Assembly: GCA_951406725.2 (NCBI GenBank)
Contig: OX597815.1
Coordinates: 111,848,001-111,912,000, forward strand
Source: Octopus vulgaris
Taxonomy: Eukaryota
Direction: 5' to 3'
Length of the DNA stretch: 64,000 nucleotides
Part shown: positions 38,487-51,407 of the stretch, one piece after another
Numbering within the stretch: the first letter of the stretch is position 1
Layout: each line of letters opens with the position of its first letter
Notes under the pieces: generated by a model
What the model was told of the DNA's origin: nothing
What the model saw: the letters and a program-made list of their open reading frames with translations, nothing else
Databases searched by the model: none
Position numbers and translations under genes: made by a program

Positions 38487-41139
38487 ATTTCAAGATTTAA
38501 ATTTGAGAGCACTGTAAAGCATTAAACATACCTTACCTGACCAAGCGCCATCAGACAAACTACATCCAATAACCAGTACTTCCCAATTCAAACAGACAAT
38601 TGAGATCTCATATTCTCCCTCACCTACCCACGTCTGTTATTGAGTAAAATTCAACAGAAAAACTGTAGTTTACTCTCAGGGAGAGAATTATTTTATCAAT
38701 AATAATAATGAACGGTAAAATTAATTAATTAATTAATTTACTCTCGAACTCTCATCTGAGAAATGACTCAGATAATTATCAATGTTTATAATTATGCGCG
38801 TGTGTATCCCTCAAAACTAAGTAATCACTCCTACGACTGCTACCACAATCAAAACACCAGCTATAATCACGAACAAGAACTACCGTATCAGTAATAACTA
38901 CAACGAAAGTAACAGCAATACTTCAACAACAAAACAGCATCCATCTTCAACAAAACAACATCCATCTTCAACATTAAAACAATACATAGACTAAGTCCTC
39001 ACGGTTCATATTGTATTTAGTGAAGATTTTCATTTGTCTTATTTTCATATCTTTATTATTGATATTGTTTAGTCATTGCTTTCGTTTTGTTCACTCATAC
39101 GGATGGGTACAATGTTTACCCATGGTGTTGTTGCTGTTACTCCAATTATTTGGGAAACTTTGATAACCTTGATCGAATAATATTTCAAACGGGAGATTCA
39201 GATGGAAAGAAAATATCTTTCTTAATTTATATACTCAATATTCAGAAGAGATACTAACTTAGTATATGCAACACAAATAGGAGTTGGAATAAGAAGTGGG
39301 CATTGCCGTAACATGCCAGCAATCTACGGGGATGAACAGAATAATTATTTCATGAAAAAAAAATCAATAGAAACATTTACAATTCACTATGTTCCTGAAA
39401 ACTAACGTAAACCAATCATTTCTAGTCTTGTGAATATACATCAATGAATTTAGAAAGATACTACTGTTTGTACTTTTAGCAGCTGGTGCAACAACATCGA
39501 TTGTCTAAGAGGAAGAGGTTTATTTTACGTGAAGTTTGTACCCTAGTTTTTCTGATTTTAATCATCGTTCTTTTAATTAACAATACCATTATGAACTTTT
39601 GCTTCACTTGTCATTTAATACAACATCTATCAATTATAATCATCATTGTTATTATCGTTCCAGCTGTTGGCATTATATCTTGTTCGTTGTCTGAGATGCA
39701 GTTTCTATCATCTTACTTCATAATGCTATTTTCTTTTTTAAGTAAAATGAAAGAGTAGGCTATGCAAAATGTAATGTTATTTGCGTAAATGGTAGTGTTT
39801 CTAGCGTTACTTAATCTGATTATGCATTAGTCAATATATTTCTGCATATCAATTTCTCTTTGCTAGCTTCACCATGAAGTTATCTATTTCTCCGACAGTC
39901 CATCAATGATATAAATGCGTAAAACAATACCAAGCATTAATACTCTTAATTCGCCTAAGCTCTATTAAGGCATAGTCATTGTGGCGTGCCTTGTAGATTA
40001 TGGTTAAATTTTAGGTAAAACCCTATGACACAGAGTGATGGTACATATACATACTTATTGTAATATAAGCCTCTTACAGGATGCTGGTACAGTCTGAAAG
40101 CTTACAAGGAAAACAAACACATCCCATTCAAATAACAGATGTTAATACCAGAAGTACTTGGAGCATTAAAAAGGCGTGTTTATCAAAGTTTGAATTATTA
40201 TAACTTAGTTCACTTTGTTTATGCAAAACTGGCCTAGTGGTAATCAACAACAACATCTTGCTACGAAACACAAACCAGGGATATTAAACTTGCACATTCT
40301 AAAAATAATAATGTCTATATGGAGTGAAATAAGGAAGCACCTCGCAATCGCCTAATTTTCTAGATATATCATTTAAACCTACCTGAAGTCATTCTCCTTT
40401 GTCATATGGGAGAATTGCATATATTGCAAGAAGGTTGTAAGGTACTGGTAGTGATCTACCTGAATAAAGAAGGGAAAATTTGAGTAGAAATGTCTTTGAA
40501 TATAAGACGGCACAAGTTTCCAAATTAGGGCCAAACTATGAATGAATTAATAAGGTTGGTTAAAAGTGGTTCAAAAAGAGGAGAAACTAATTGCTGTGCA
40601 GCTGGGAAACTTCAACGGTTGATTCTATCAAACAAAATCAATACATTAAAATGTTTTAAAATTCAAACGTGCAACATATGTGATTATGTTTTCCATTTTT
40701 GTAAAAGAAAAAATGACAATTTATATTTGTATCTGAAGTGATGCAAATTTTTGAAAATAAATGCAAACTAAAATGTCAATTATAAAAGCAAAATTTGCCA
40801 AAAGGATATTTGAGATTGAAGCAATAATGTATATATTTAGTATATAATTTGCCAGTGAAATGTATGTAACGAAATTAGAGAATAAGAAAAAGTCACTTCA
40901 TTAAGGAGTTTGGTGAGAAATAAATCAAAATTCAAAATTGCCTTCTGAGATATAATTTATTAAAATATGTCAGATAATAATATGCAAGGCACAGATAAAG
41001 AGAAAAATATAAACCTCGAAAAGGGAAATAGAAAGTAAAGAAGGGCGGGAGAAAGAAAACTAAAGTAATTAGAAATAACTCAGAGATGATCAGTGTTTCT
41101 ATAACACACATAATACACACCCCCACACATATATATATA

Positions 41140-42450
41140 TGAGGAGGTACCAAAATGTATCCGAAACGGTCTCTGTGGGACAAACCCATTGTAGTTCAGT
41201 CTTCCGCGTCGAGAGAAGCCACTTGATGCGGCTCTTAGACATGAGTCTGCCGATTGGTGTCGTCAGCTGCAATCGTACAGTCACACGATGCCGCCTCTTT
41301 GTTTTGCAGTCCTTCTCCCCTGTTCGTCAATTTTTGCGACGGCTGGCGGAAGGAACAGCGTGCTTCTGTGAAATTCTGTTTTCTGCTGGAGAAAACGGCG
41401 GCCAAAATAGTTCTTATGCATCAAACAGCTTACAAGGACGGTGCCGTGAGCAAATACACAAGTTTACGACTGGTTTTCACGCTTTAGTAATGTTTACTTG
41501 TCGCTTGAAGACCAGCCTCGCTCAGGACGACCACCGCCCAAGCGAACGAATAAAAACATCACGAAAATTCATGAACTGATCTTCAAGAACTATCACCGAA
41601 CAATTGACGGAATTGTTGATATAACTGGTGTGTCCTGGGGCTCCTGCCAAAGAATTTTGAGCGAAGAGTTGCGAATGAAAAGTGTTGCAGCAAAAGTTGT
41701 GTCTCACTTGCTCAAGGAAGATCAAAAGCAGTAAGCACTTAATGTGTGTCGTGAAGTGAAAGAACAGTTAGAAGCTGATCCAAAGGTCATCACTAGTGAC
41801 GAAAACTGGTGCTGGGACTACGGCCCCAAAACGAGGCAGCAATGGAAGTTAATGGAAGTATTCAATGCCACCACGCCCCCAAAAAGCGCATCGTATGAAG
41901 TCCAGTGTGAAAACGATGCTGATTTGTTTCATTGAGGCGAATGGAATTGTCCACACAGAATTTGCTCTGTAAACCAGACATATTACTTGACAGTTCTGAA
42001 GCATTTTGGGCGACGCAGTGAGAAAAAATGCTCTGAACCTTGGGAAAGTGGAGAGTGATTGTTTCATCAGGAAAATGCGCTTGCCCACAACATCTTGAGT
42101 GTGAGACAATTTTTCGACCAAAAATGGCATGAACTCGCTTACCCAACATCTTTATACATCCGATCCTGCTCCCTACAACATATTTTGCTTCCCCAAATGA
42201 AAAAGGTTCTTAAAGGAAAACGTTATGCAGATGTAGAAGTGAAGAAAAACACGACGGAGGCTTTAAAAGGCATCACTTCGCAAGAGCTCCAGGACTGCTT
42301 CGAACAGTGGAAAAAGCGAGAAGACCGATGCATATCTACTTTGAAGACCGATGCATATCTACTTTGAAGGCGATAAAATTGTAAACATGTAAAATTAAGT
42401 AAATAAAATAATAAAATTGCAATATTCCAGTTTCTTTGGGTAACTTTTCG
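41140..42450 (+). mobile_element. Full-length degraded mariner (~1.3 kb)
   Basis: Decayed TIRs flanked by TA; EQRASVKFCF, SLEDQPRSGRP, ITSDENW, HQENALAH, MKKVLKGKRY. Confidence 0.92.
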
Positions 42451-42457
42451 TATATAA

Positions 42458-42555
<98 letters not shown>

Positions 42556-43535
42556 TATAAGTATGCGTTCATGCCTACATTTGTGGTTGTGCAGTTCTGA
42601 GTGATTGGGTTTATATTTATGTATTCATACACATAGTTCCTTGTATGTATGTATAGATAGATATATACATACATACATACATACCGGATAGTTATATCTA
42701 TATCCTATCTATCCATATATACCATATTATTGATAGATATACACATGAAACTATCCATCATCTTTATGCATTTACCTACATATATAAATAACACCATAGA
42801 ATTACATACAAGCGCGTACGTACAATAATATAACACATCCACACATTTACGCTAGAATCGAAGTAAAATACTAAACATTACAGTTTCCTGAACTTTAACA
42901 TTTATAAGACATTCTATTATGTATTTCTAGAAAGACATCTAATGCTACCCACACAAATTCATCTTCTGTCTGTCCTATGCTGAGAGACAAACTGATTTAT
43001 CTAAAAACAATCCTTTGTGAACTCTAAAACACACCAAACGCAAATTTTCTATACCAAGAGTATCTAAACCTCAATGTGACACATCTGTCTACATTTTTGC
43101 TTGTACTAGTAAACACAAAATTCCCACATGCAACCCAAATAGGTCTCCTAAGAAAAAGTTTATGTTAGCCCAAACTTACAAACATGTTTCATGCTACCCT
43201 TCTTTATCTCCACTTACAAACAAGTTCTTACCCGGTCTGTATCTATCCCATATTTAATTATCATTCACATAATCTCAAATTACTCTCCAAAATCTTTTGA
43301 TTATTTGAAACCAGAAAGAAGCCAAGAACTTATTGATGAAAGTGGAGAAGCTGAACCATGGAAAATTCACTTGTAAACTTTATATATGTATATATGTTTG
43401 TGCATATGAATGACTGTATGTATGTCATTGTTCATTTTAATTTCAAGGTTTCTCGCCAATAGAGAAAGTGACGGTTTCTAACCTAGATTTAAGGCTTCCC
43501 CATTGGAATTTCAACAACAACAACTGGGTATTTTT

Positions 43536-43576
43536 ATATGTATGTATGTATGTATGTATTTACGTATGTATGTATG

Positions 43577-43610
<34 letters not shown>

Positions 43611-43660
43611 TGTATGTATGTATGTATGTATGTATGTATGTATGTATCTATGTTTGTATG
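43536..43660. repeat. (TATG)n microsatellite
   Basis: Direct reading; resumes at 44092-44170. Confidence 0.95.
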
Positions 43661-44092
43661 CATGTATGTGCATATGTGCAGATTTGTAATGTTTTGCCTT
43701 ATTTTACAGATTTTTACAGTTCCAGTGATGCATTGGATCTGTAGTATTCGAATTAGCTTTCTACTTTCTGGTTTTGAGAAGCCTAATTTCTCAAGTTTGG
43801 TTATTTAAGCAGTGTGGTATTTAGGCCCCAATAATTACAGATATAGACCTGAACTTGTAATCGGGATAAAGTAACTTCAGATTTCTCAATAGGTATTTTC
43901 TTTTTCACTAATCTTCAGCTTTATGTTAACATCTGCAGGGCACCTAATTTCCACAAATGTACACAGTTTGTCTTTTCTATTCCAAATCATTACATCAGGT
44001 CTGTTGTGCTTACACTTAATTGAGGTTTTCACTGGGATATTCCACCAATACAGCTTTTTATCATGAGTAGATATGGCTTCTACCATACTGAA
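43660..44092 (-). mobile_element. 3' fragment of a restriction-like-endonuclease LINE embedded in (TACA)n
   Basis: YWWNIPVKTSIKCKHNRPDVMIW...FVEIRCPADVNI...EKENTY (PD-(D/E)xK-like), then ITGTVKICK. Confidence 0.75.
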
Positions 44093-44489
44093 TGTATGTA
44101 TTATGTATGTATATATGTATGTATGGATGTATGTATGTATGTATGTATGTATGTATGTATATATGTATTTATGTTTTCATGTATGTAGGTAAGATTAATC
44201 AATGTGTATTTGTTATTGGTGGGTATGTGAGTCTAACTGTGGAGATGTCTATGTTACTCTTGGCTGCATCATAGATGACGTTTCCGTCTATTTTGAGATG
44301 AGTTATTTTTAAGCAATTTTGCTTTACCGTAACAAGGTTTTTTTATTGGGTCCCACTTGTATTGGACGGATGTCTTCTACTAATAACTCGCACTTATTAA
44401 TGCTTCTGGATTAAATTGTTTGATTTATAGTTTGAAAAACACTTGTCGTACAGTTTATTTTCTGGTGTGTATTTGTATAATGTTGAATT

Positions 44490-44672
44490 CAAATTATGGT
44501 AGTCGCTCAACATTTGCGTGGGGACGGAAAAGTCGATTACATCGATCGCACGCTCAACGGGTACTCATTTTATCAACCCTGAAAAGATGAAACGCAAAGT
44601 CGACCTCGACGGAATTTGAATTCAAAATGTAAAGACAAAGGAAGTTCGACGTGCAAACGATTCTACCGTCTT
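44490..44672 (-). mobile_element. SINE of a second tRNA-derived family, degraded
   Basis: Minus strand reads ...TTCAAATTCCGTCGAGGTCGACTTTGCGTTTCATC...; homologous to 45495-45701. Confidence 0.65.
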
Positions 44673-45494
44673 TGTGTCCTATGTATCTATATTATTAGCA
44701 TTAAAAAAATGCTGGCTGCCTGTCCTTACGTCCCTTCAATTGCCAATGTATCACAAGCAGAACACCAGTTCCAGATATAAATTACATATGTATATGAATT
44801 AATCTTATATCACTAATGAAAAACATTGTTAGAGTGCTTAACAAAATCCTTTACAATATTTATTCTGGCCCCTTGCTTTCTAACTTCATATCCAGTAGAA
44901 ATGAACATTGTCTTCCGTCAGTTCAAAATCGTTATATGTATTGCTAGTCTAGCTTTAGTTACAACATTGGAACATACTTGTGTATCGGTCTTAATCCGTC
45001 TAACACTTCACTTAGACCTAATATGTTTAGGTGGAATCTATTACAGGGTTTTTGCCAAATATATTTGAAGATATCTTTTTTCCACAAGTTCATATCAGTC
45101 ACAGGCGCCCTGAAAAAATGTTATGCACACAACATTTCATCCAAAAAGAAAATTCCTCAGCATCTTCGAAGAATGAAGCATCCATCGCTTTATCATCTAT
45201 TAAACAAGTAATATTTATTATACCTGTATACTCATCGAGGCCTCATGCCCTTCCTACATGATTTTCAAGTGGGTTTTCTTAATTCACTGCATTGTTTCAA
45301 ACTATGAAGAATCATGAAGCTTCTTCCTGACTGTGAAACACTAAGCCTGTTTACTTTCATATTCACAGTATTTAATGAATCGTTAAAATTTATCTTCCAA
45401 TTCAAATTAGCCTCTTCCCTTTTTACGTCAGCGGTGTAACGTGAATGTGGTCTATATCACCAAGATATGATAAAGCGCTATCAACTACATGTTT

Positions 45495-45701
45495 CAAAAT
45501 TTGAGACAAAGTTATCAAATTAGGGGAAGTGTATAGTCGATTACACTGAACCCAGTGCTCACGTCGCACCTTATATTGACCCCGAAAAGATTCAAGGCAA
45601 ATTGACCTCGGCAGAATGTTAACTCGGGACGTAATGAAGCAGATGAAATATTGCTAGGTGTTTTGTTCAGCGATCTAAAGATTTCTACTAGCTCGCCACC
45701 T
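45495..45701 (-). mobile_element. SINE of a second tRNA-derived family
   Basis: Minus strand starts GGTGGCGAGCTAGTAGAA..., with B-box-like GAGTTAACATTC and a shared GCCGAGGTCAA...GGGGTCAATA core. Confidence 0.65.
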
Positions 45702-47828
45702 GAGCGTTATAAATTACTAATAAAATTTTAAGCCAAAGCATTTTTTGTACCATTAACTTAAGGAACAAATATTGATAAAATGAATTTCAAATAGTGCAGC
45801 ACTCATTTGGGGCTTTTTAAAATTACTTTAGAGTGAATTGGGGGAGCATTTGAGACAATCCTCTCGTTGTGCCCGGATTAAAACTTGCATTGTACTCACG
45901 AGTGCAATGGAAGATTTACTTCGTGAAACTGTCACCTAATGTATTTCAACAAAATAATAATAATGTTATTCAAACGTTAGATATTTTGAATGTGCTAATT
46001 ATCTATTCCTATTCTTGATATTAATTTTCTTTTCTTTCTTTTTATTTGTTTTCTACCTTTTAGTCTTTGATTTTATACATTCTACTAGAAATGGACGGCA
46101 TTATCAAAATTAAACAATTATTTTAAAGAATAGGTAGCATCAATTATTTTACTTAATTGTGACATAAATTCTTCAGTTTTCTTATTACTTCATGCATATT
46201 CCCCAAGCAATATGTCTTTATATAGATTGCTTAGATTTTAAATTTTCCATACGATCAATTACTACCCGAACAATGGTTCATAATTGAATAGATGTGGTAT
46301 TTGTAATACTGATTTGAATAAAATTTCATACTGCTGTTTAAAATGTTTGGACTATTTTATCTAGTATTCAAAATAATAAAGCTATTTGCGCTGTTTCCCT
46401 AATGTTAGTAGGCTTTGCGATGTGTGTTTTTAACTTGAAGTTTATGCGACTTCATATCCTCTGATATTTTTTATTCACTTGTTTTAAATCTGTTCGAAGT
46501 TGCCTCGTTTATATTAACCCGTTTTATAGTTTTTAATGAACCGATTTTAACTTGAAGTTGATTTAATAATCTACTCTTTATTTATATTTGGAGAAATATA
46601 CACCTTGTATGTTTCTGCATTGTGTTTTGAAATTATTATTTATTCTTGAAAATATGTAGCAAAACGTACAAATTAAATCTTATTTAGATACAATATGGTT
46701 CACAAACTCACACACATTCACAAACACACGTACAGCCACATACAGAAACACATGCAGACACATATGAGCACACGCATATATAAATGCATATATGTATGTA
46801 TGTATGTATGTATGTATATATGTATGAGTCAATGAATGTGTCTATATATTAGCTTAAGCTATGGATTTTATCAAAGTTCAATGTGTTTATTTGAAAATCT
46901 TTAATTCCAAAATACTCTACTACTACAGCATGATTTAGAAAATACTTAAAGTAAGCCATATAAAATATTTTAGATTTTTAGCAAGAGATCAGCACAGTGG
47001 CCATTATTCAGCAACGTAGATAAGTATTGGTTGTATGTAAGCATTTTAAAATTATATTTTGATACCTATGAGAATACCAGAGTTCCCCGACACCGTATGT
47101 CACACTTTTCAAATGTACTCTTGTCAAGCTAATACAATAACATTTTCGCTTCAAGTCAGCTATTTTAGAATAAAGAAATGCCAAATTATTCAAATTTATC
47201 TAAATGTTACATCTCAGTTCCATTTAAATTTAGTTAAGGTGGTTCACAATATATATAGACTGGGATATACGAGGCGAGTACGATGGAAATCTCATAGGCT
47301 GGATATGAAGAAATGATGCTACAGCTGTGAAATCTTGAAACGTTAATTTCAATTCTTTTAATTAATAACTGCATTGTTTCTTTGCAGGTAAACTGACAAC
47401 TCACTGCTCAAAGAAGACTTCAAATATAACTTGTGCCAACTTTTCTTCAAAGAAAACAAAATTTGGTATCGTGGTGTTATCAAGTACCTACATACGAAGG
47501 GTTTAGCCCCCATGAAAATTCCTTTTGACATGGTTACTACAATAGAGAATAACGCTGCAGCTTATCAACTGTACAAAAGTGGGCAACTAAATTTAGGACG
47601 AGAAGGAAGAGTCCTGCAACTGCAAACACCGTGTTCTCGACATGATGATAAATGAAAGGCGATTGACTACAAATCGACAATACATTATATATCTTATGCT
47701 ATTAGCATACCCTGTGAGAGAGTTGAGAATATTCTTCAAAATGACGAAGGTTTTTGCTTGTCTTCTAACACCTGATCGAAAGGGTATCTGGCTGATTACG
47801 CTGGTCGCATCACGAGAAAACCTGACAT

Positions 47829-48027
47829 TGCAGTTCTATATTTAAGAGATGAGGAATTGTGTACATTTACATTATTTACATTATTTACATTCGACGGCTA
47901 TTTGTGGTCATCTTGCTTGTTGTTAACAAGTTTCGGCTGATATATCTCTCCTTCAGGTGTTCTAGGGAAATTTCGAACCTGAGTTCTCATTCCTAAGGTA
48001 TTTTTCGATGTTATTATTTTTATTATT
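47829..48027 (-). mobile_element. Partial (AAT)n-HHR pLTR cassette with deleted hammerhead
   Basis: Reverse-complement match to 51250-51407, with part of stem II missing. Confidence 0.8.
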
Positions 48028-48590
48028 CAGTAGTTTTATTTTTATAGCGTGCTTTCACTTCACTACCGAGTGCAGCTCTGTGTGCCTTGGGTATGTGCTG
48101 TGATTTGTTGTGATGCTCTGATGGTTATTGTATGGAAAGTGTTCTGCGTAGGATGTGTGCAGTGCCTAGTAGTGCAATTTTCTGTGTGTTATATGTGTTT
48201 GTAAGTCCTGGTGTTTTTGTTATGTATTTGTCTGAATATTTTTTATCATGCCTAATGCACCTACTATGATAGGAATTGGTTTTTTTTTAGATTCCACATT
48301 CTGGTTACCTCTATTTCCAGGTCTTTGTATTTTGAAAGTTTCTCCATTTCTTTTAGAGACACGTTGTCATCTGCTGGTATTGATACATCAATTAGAAAGC
48401 ATTCTTTTTCTTCATGATCTCTGACAACTATATCTGGTCTGTTGGCCTTAATTTCTCTATCTGTGTGTATCGGCATATCCCAGAGTATGGTTGCATTCTC
48501 GTTTCTTGTGACCATTTCTGGTGTGTGCTTATACCATCTTTTTTCTGTTGTTATTCCATAATGTTGGCATAGCTTCCAGTGTATGTAGGT

Positions 48591-48658
<68 letters not shown>

Positions 48659-49218
48659 TAGTTTTATTTTTATAGCGTGCTTTCACTTCACTACCGAGCG
48701 CAGCTCTGTGTGCCTTGGGTATGTGCTGTGATTTGTTGTGATGCTCTGATGGTTATTGTATGGAAAGTGTTCTGCGTAGGATGTGTGCAGTGCCTAGTAG
48801 TGCAATTTTCTGTATGTTATATGTGTTTGTAAGTCCTGGTGTTTTTGTTATGTATTTGTCTGAATATTTTTTATCATGCCTAATGCACCTACTATGATAG
48901 GAATTGGTTTTTTTTTAGATTCCACATTCTGGTTACCTCTATTTCCAGGTCTTTGTATTTTGAAAGTTTCTCCATTTCTTTTAGAGACACGTTGTCATCT
49001 GCTGGTATTGATACATCAATTAGAAAGCATTCTTTTTCTTCATGATCTCTGACAACTATATCTGGTCTGTTGGCCTTAATTTCTCTATCTGTGTGTATCG
49101 GCATATCCCAGAGTATGGTTGCATTCTCGTTTCTTGTGACCATTTCTGGTGTGTGCTTATACCATCTTTTTTCTGTTGTTATTCCATAATGTTGGCATAG
49201 CTTCCAGTGTATGTAGGT

Positions 49219-49280
<62 letters not shown>

Positions 49281-49840
49281 TAGTTTTATTTTTATAGCGT
49301 GCTTTCACTTCACTACCGAGCGCAGCTCTGTGTGCCTTGGGTATGTGCTGTGATTTGTTGTGATGCTCTGATGGTTATTGTATGGAAAGTGTTCTGCGTA
49401 GGATGTGTGCAGTGCCTAGTAGTGCAATTTTCTGTATGTTATATGTGTTTGTAAGTCCTGGTGTTTTTGTTATGTATTTGTCTGAATATTTTTTATCATG
49501 CCTAATGCACCTACTATGATAGGAATTGGTTTTTTTTTAGATTCCACATTCTGGTTACCTCTATTTCCAGGTCTTTGTATTTTGAAAGTTTCTCCATTTC
49601 TTTTAGAGACACGTTGTCATCTGCTGGTATTGATACATCAATTAGAAAGCATTCTTTTTCTTCATGATCTCTGACAACTATATCTGGTCTGTTGGCCTTA
49701 ATTTCTCTATCTGTGTGTATCGGCATATCCCAGAGTATGGTTGCATTCTCGTTTCTTGTGACCATTTCTGGTGTGTGCTTATACCATCTTTTTTCTGTTG
49801 TTATTCCATAATGTTGGCATAGCTTCCAGTGTATGTAGGT

Positions 49841-49902
<62 letters not shown>

Positions 49903-51103
49903 TAGTTTTATTTTTATAGCGTGCTTTCACTTCACTACCGAGCGCAGCTCTGTGTGCCTTGGGTATGTGCTGTGATTTGTTGTGATGCTCTGATGGTTAT
50001 TGTATGGAAAGTGTTCTGCGTAGGATGTGTGCAGTGCCTAGTAGTGCAATTTTCTGTATGTTATATGTGTTTGTAAGTCCTGGTGTTTTTGTTATGTATT
50101 TGTCTGAATACTTTTTATCATGCCTAATGCACCTACTATGATAGGAATTGTTTTTTTTTTAGATTCCACATTCTGGTTACCTCTATTTCCAGGTCTTTGT
50201 ATTTTGAAAGTTTCTCCATTTCTTTTAGAGACACGTTGTCATCTGCCGGTATTGAGAGAGAGCATTCTTTTTCTTCATGATCTCTGACAACTATATCTGG
50301 TCTGTTGGCCTTAATTTCTCTATCTGTGTGTATCGGCATATCCCAGAGTATGGTTGCTTTCTCGTTTTCTGTGACCTTTTCTGGTGTGTGCCTATACCAT
50401 CTTTTTTCTGTTGTTATCCCATAATGTTGGCATAGCTTCCAATGTATGTAGGTTCCAACTCTGTCATGTCTGTGAATATATTCCTTCTTAGCCAGGACTG
50501 GGCAGCTAGAGATAATATGATTTATTGTTTCTTGTCCATCTCCACATATTCTGCAGTTACTTGTAATATTTCTTTTCATTACATGTTTTTGGTAATTTCT
50601 GGTGGGGAGGCTTTGGTCTTGTGCTGCAATTAAAAATCCCTCTGTTTCTGCTTTGAGTCCTGAGCTTCTCAACCATTGCTGGGATTTTTCTTTGTCTATT
50701 TCTTTTGCGTTTAGTTTAGTGCAGTATTTACCATGAAGGGGCTTTTCTTGCCATCGTTTTATCATGGCTCGTTGCTGTTCTATTTTTAGTTTAGATTTCA
50801 TTTGTTTTATAGCTTTTGTTGTTTCTTCATCATCTTCTTCTTCTTCTTTGTGTTTATTAGGTGGTATGATTTCTTGTTTGTATTTGTCAGCTTCCTTAAA
50901 TACTGAGAAAAGTTTTTTGTTTTGCCCGTGTTTTGCTGCCATCTGGATCAGTTTTCCTTCCTTCTGAAGTAGGTATTTTTGCAGTCCTATGGTGGTTATT
51001 TTATAGTAGTTTTCCAGCTGTATAAGGCCTCTACCACCTTCTATACGTTGTATATATAGTCTTTCTATGTCAGATTTTGTGTAATGCATCCTAGATCCTG
51101 TCA
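48026..51103 (-). mobile_element. Four tandem 5'-truncated R4/Dong-like LINE copies separated by (TAA)n
   Basis: Units at ~48026-48590, 48654-49218, 49276-49840 and 49898-51103. AAQDQSLPTRNY, CCHC knuckle CRICG..ETINHIISSC, RHD, and RPDIVV...IDVSIP...EKLSKY (restriction-like endonuclease). Confidence 0.92.
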
Positions 51104-51194
51104 GGATCCTGAACAACAACAACAGCAACAACAGCAACAACAGCAACAACAACAACAATAATAAAAAAATAATAACAACAACAACAACAACAAC

Positions 51195-51256
<62 letters not shown>

Positions 51257-51407
51257 CAACATCGAAAAATATCTTAGGAATGAGAACCCAGGTTCGAAAT
51301 TTCCCCAAGACACCTGAAGAAGGCTGGAGGGTATGTCAGCCGAAACGTAGTGTTAACAACAAACAAGATGAGGACAAAATTTCTGTCGAATGTAAATAAT
51401 GTAAAAA
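51104..51407 (+). mobile_element. (AAC/AAT)n-HHR pLTR cassette
   Basis: CCTG-(AAC/AAT)n-CATCGAAAAAT..., as at 283-560. Confidence 0.8.
51309..51354 (+). ncRNA. Minimal type I hammerhead ribozyme
   Basis: GACAC-CTGAAGA-A-GGCTG-gagggtatgt-CAGCC-GAAA-CG-TA-GTGTT; stem III reduced to palindromic ACGT; GUA site. Confidence 0.78.

Noticed and set aside
38900-41000. Host exons in unique-looking AT-rich DNA (also 33300-35400 and 52050-55800)
   Set aside because: No convincing ORF, domain or splice-flanked exon by eye; small exons cannot be excluded without RNA data.
48026-49900. CRISPR-like or functional gene array
   Set aside because: The units are ~565-bp LINE fragments separated by microsatellite; there are no unique spacers or cas genes.
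50136-51308. 390-aa ORF as an intact gene
   Set aside because: A chimera of pLTR, microsatellite (poly-I/V/L) and a truncated LINE C-terminus.
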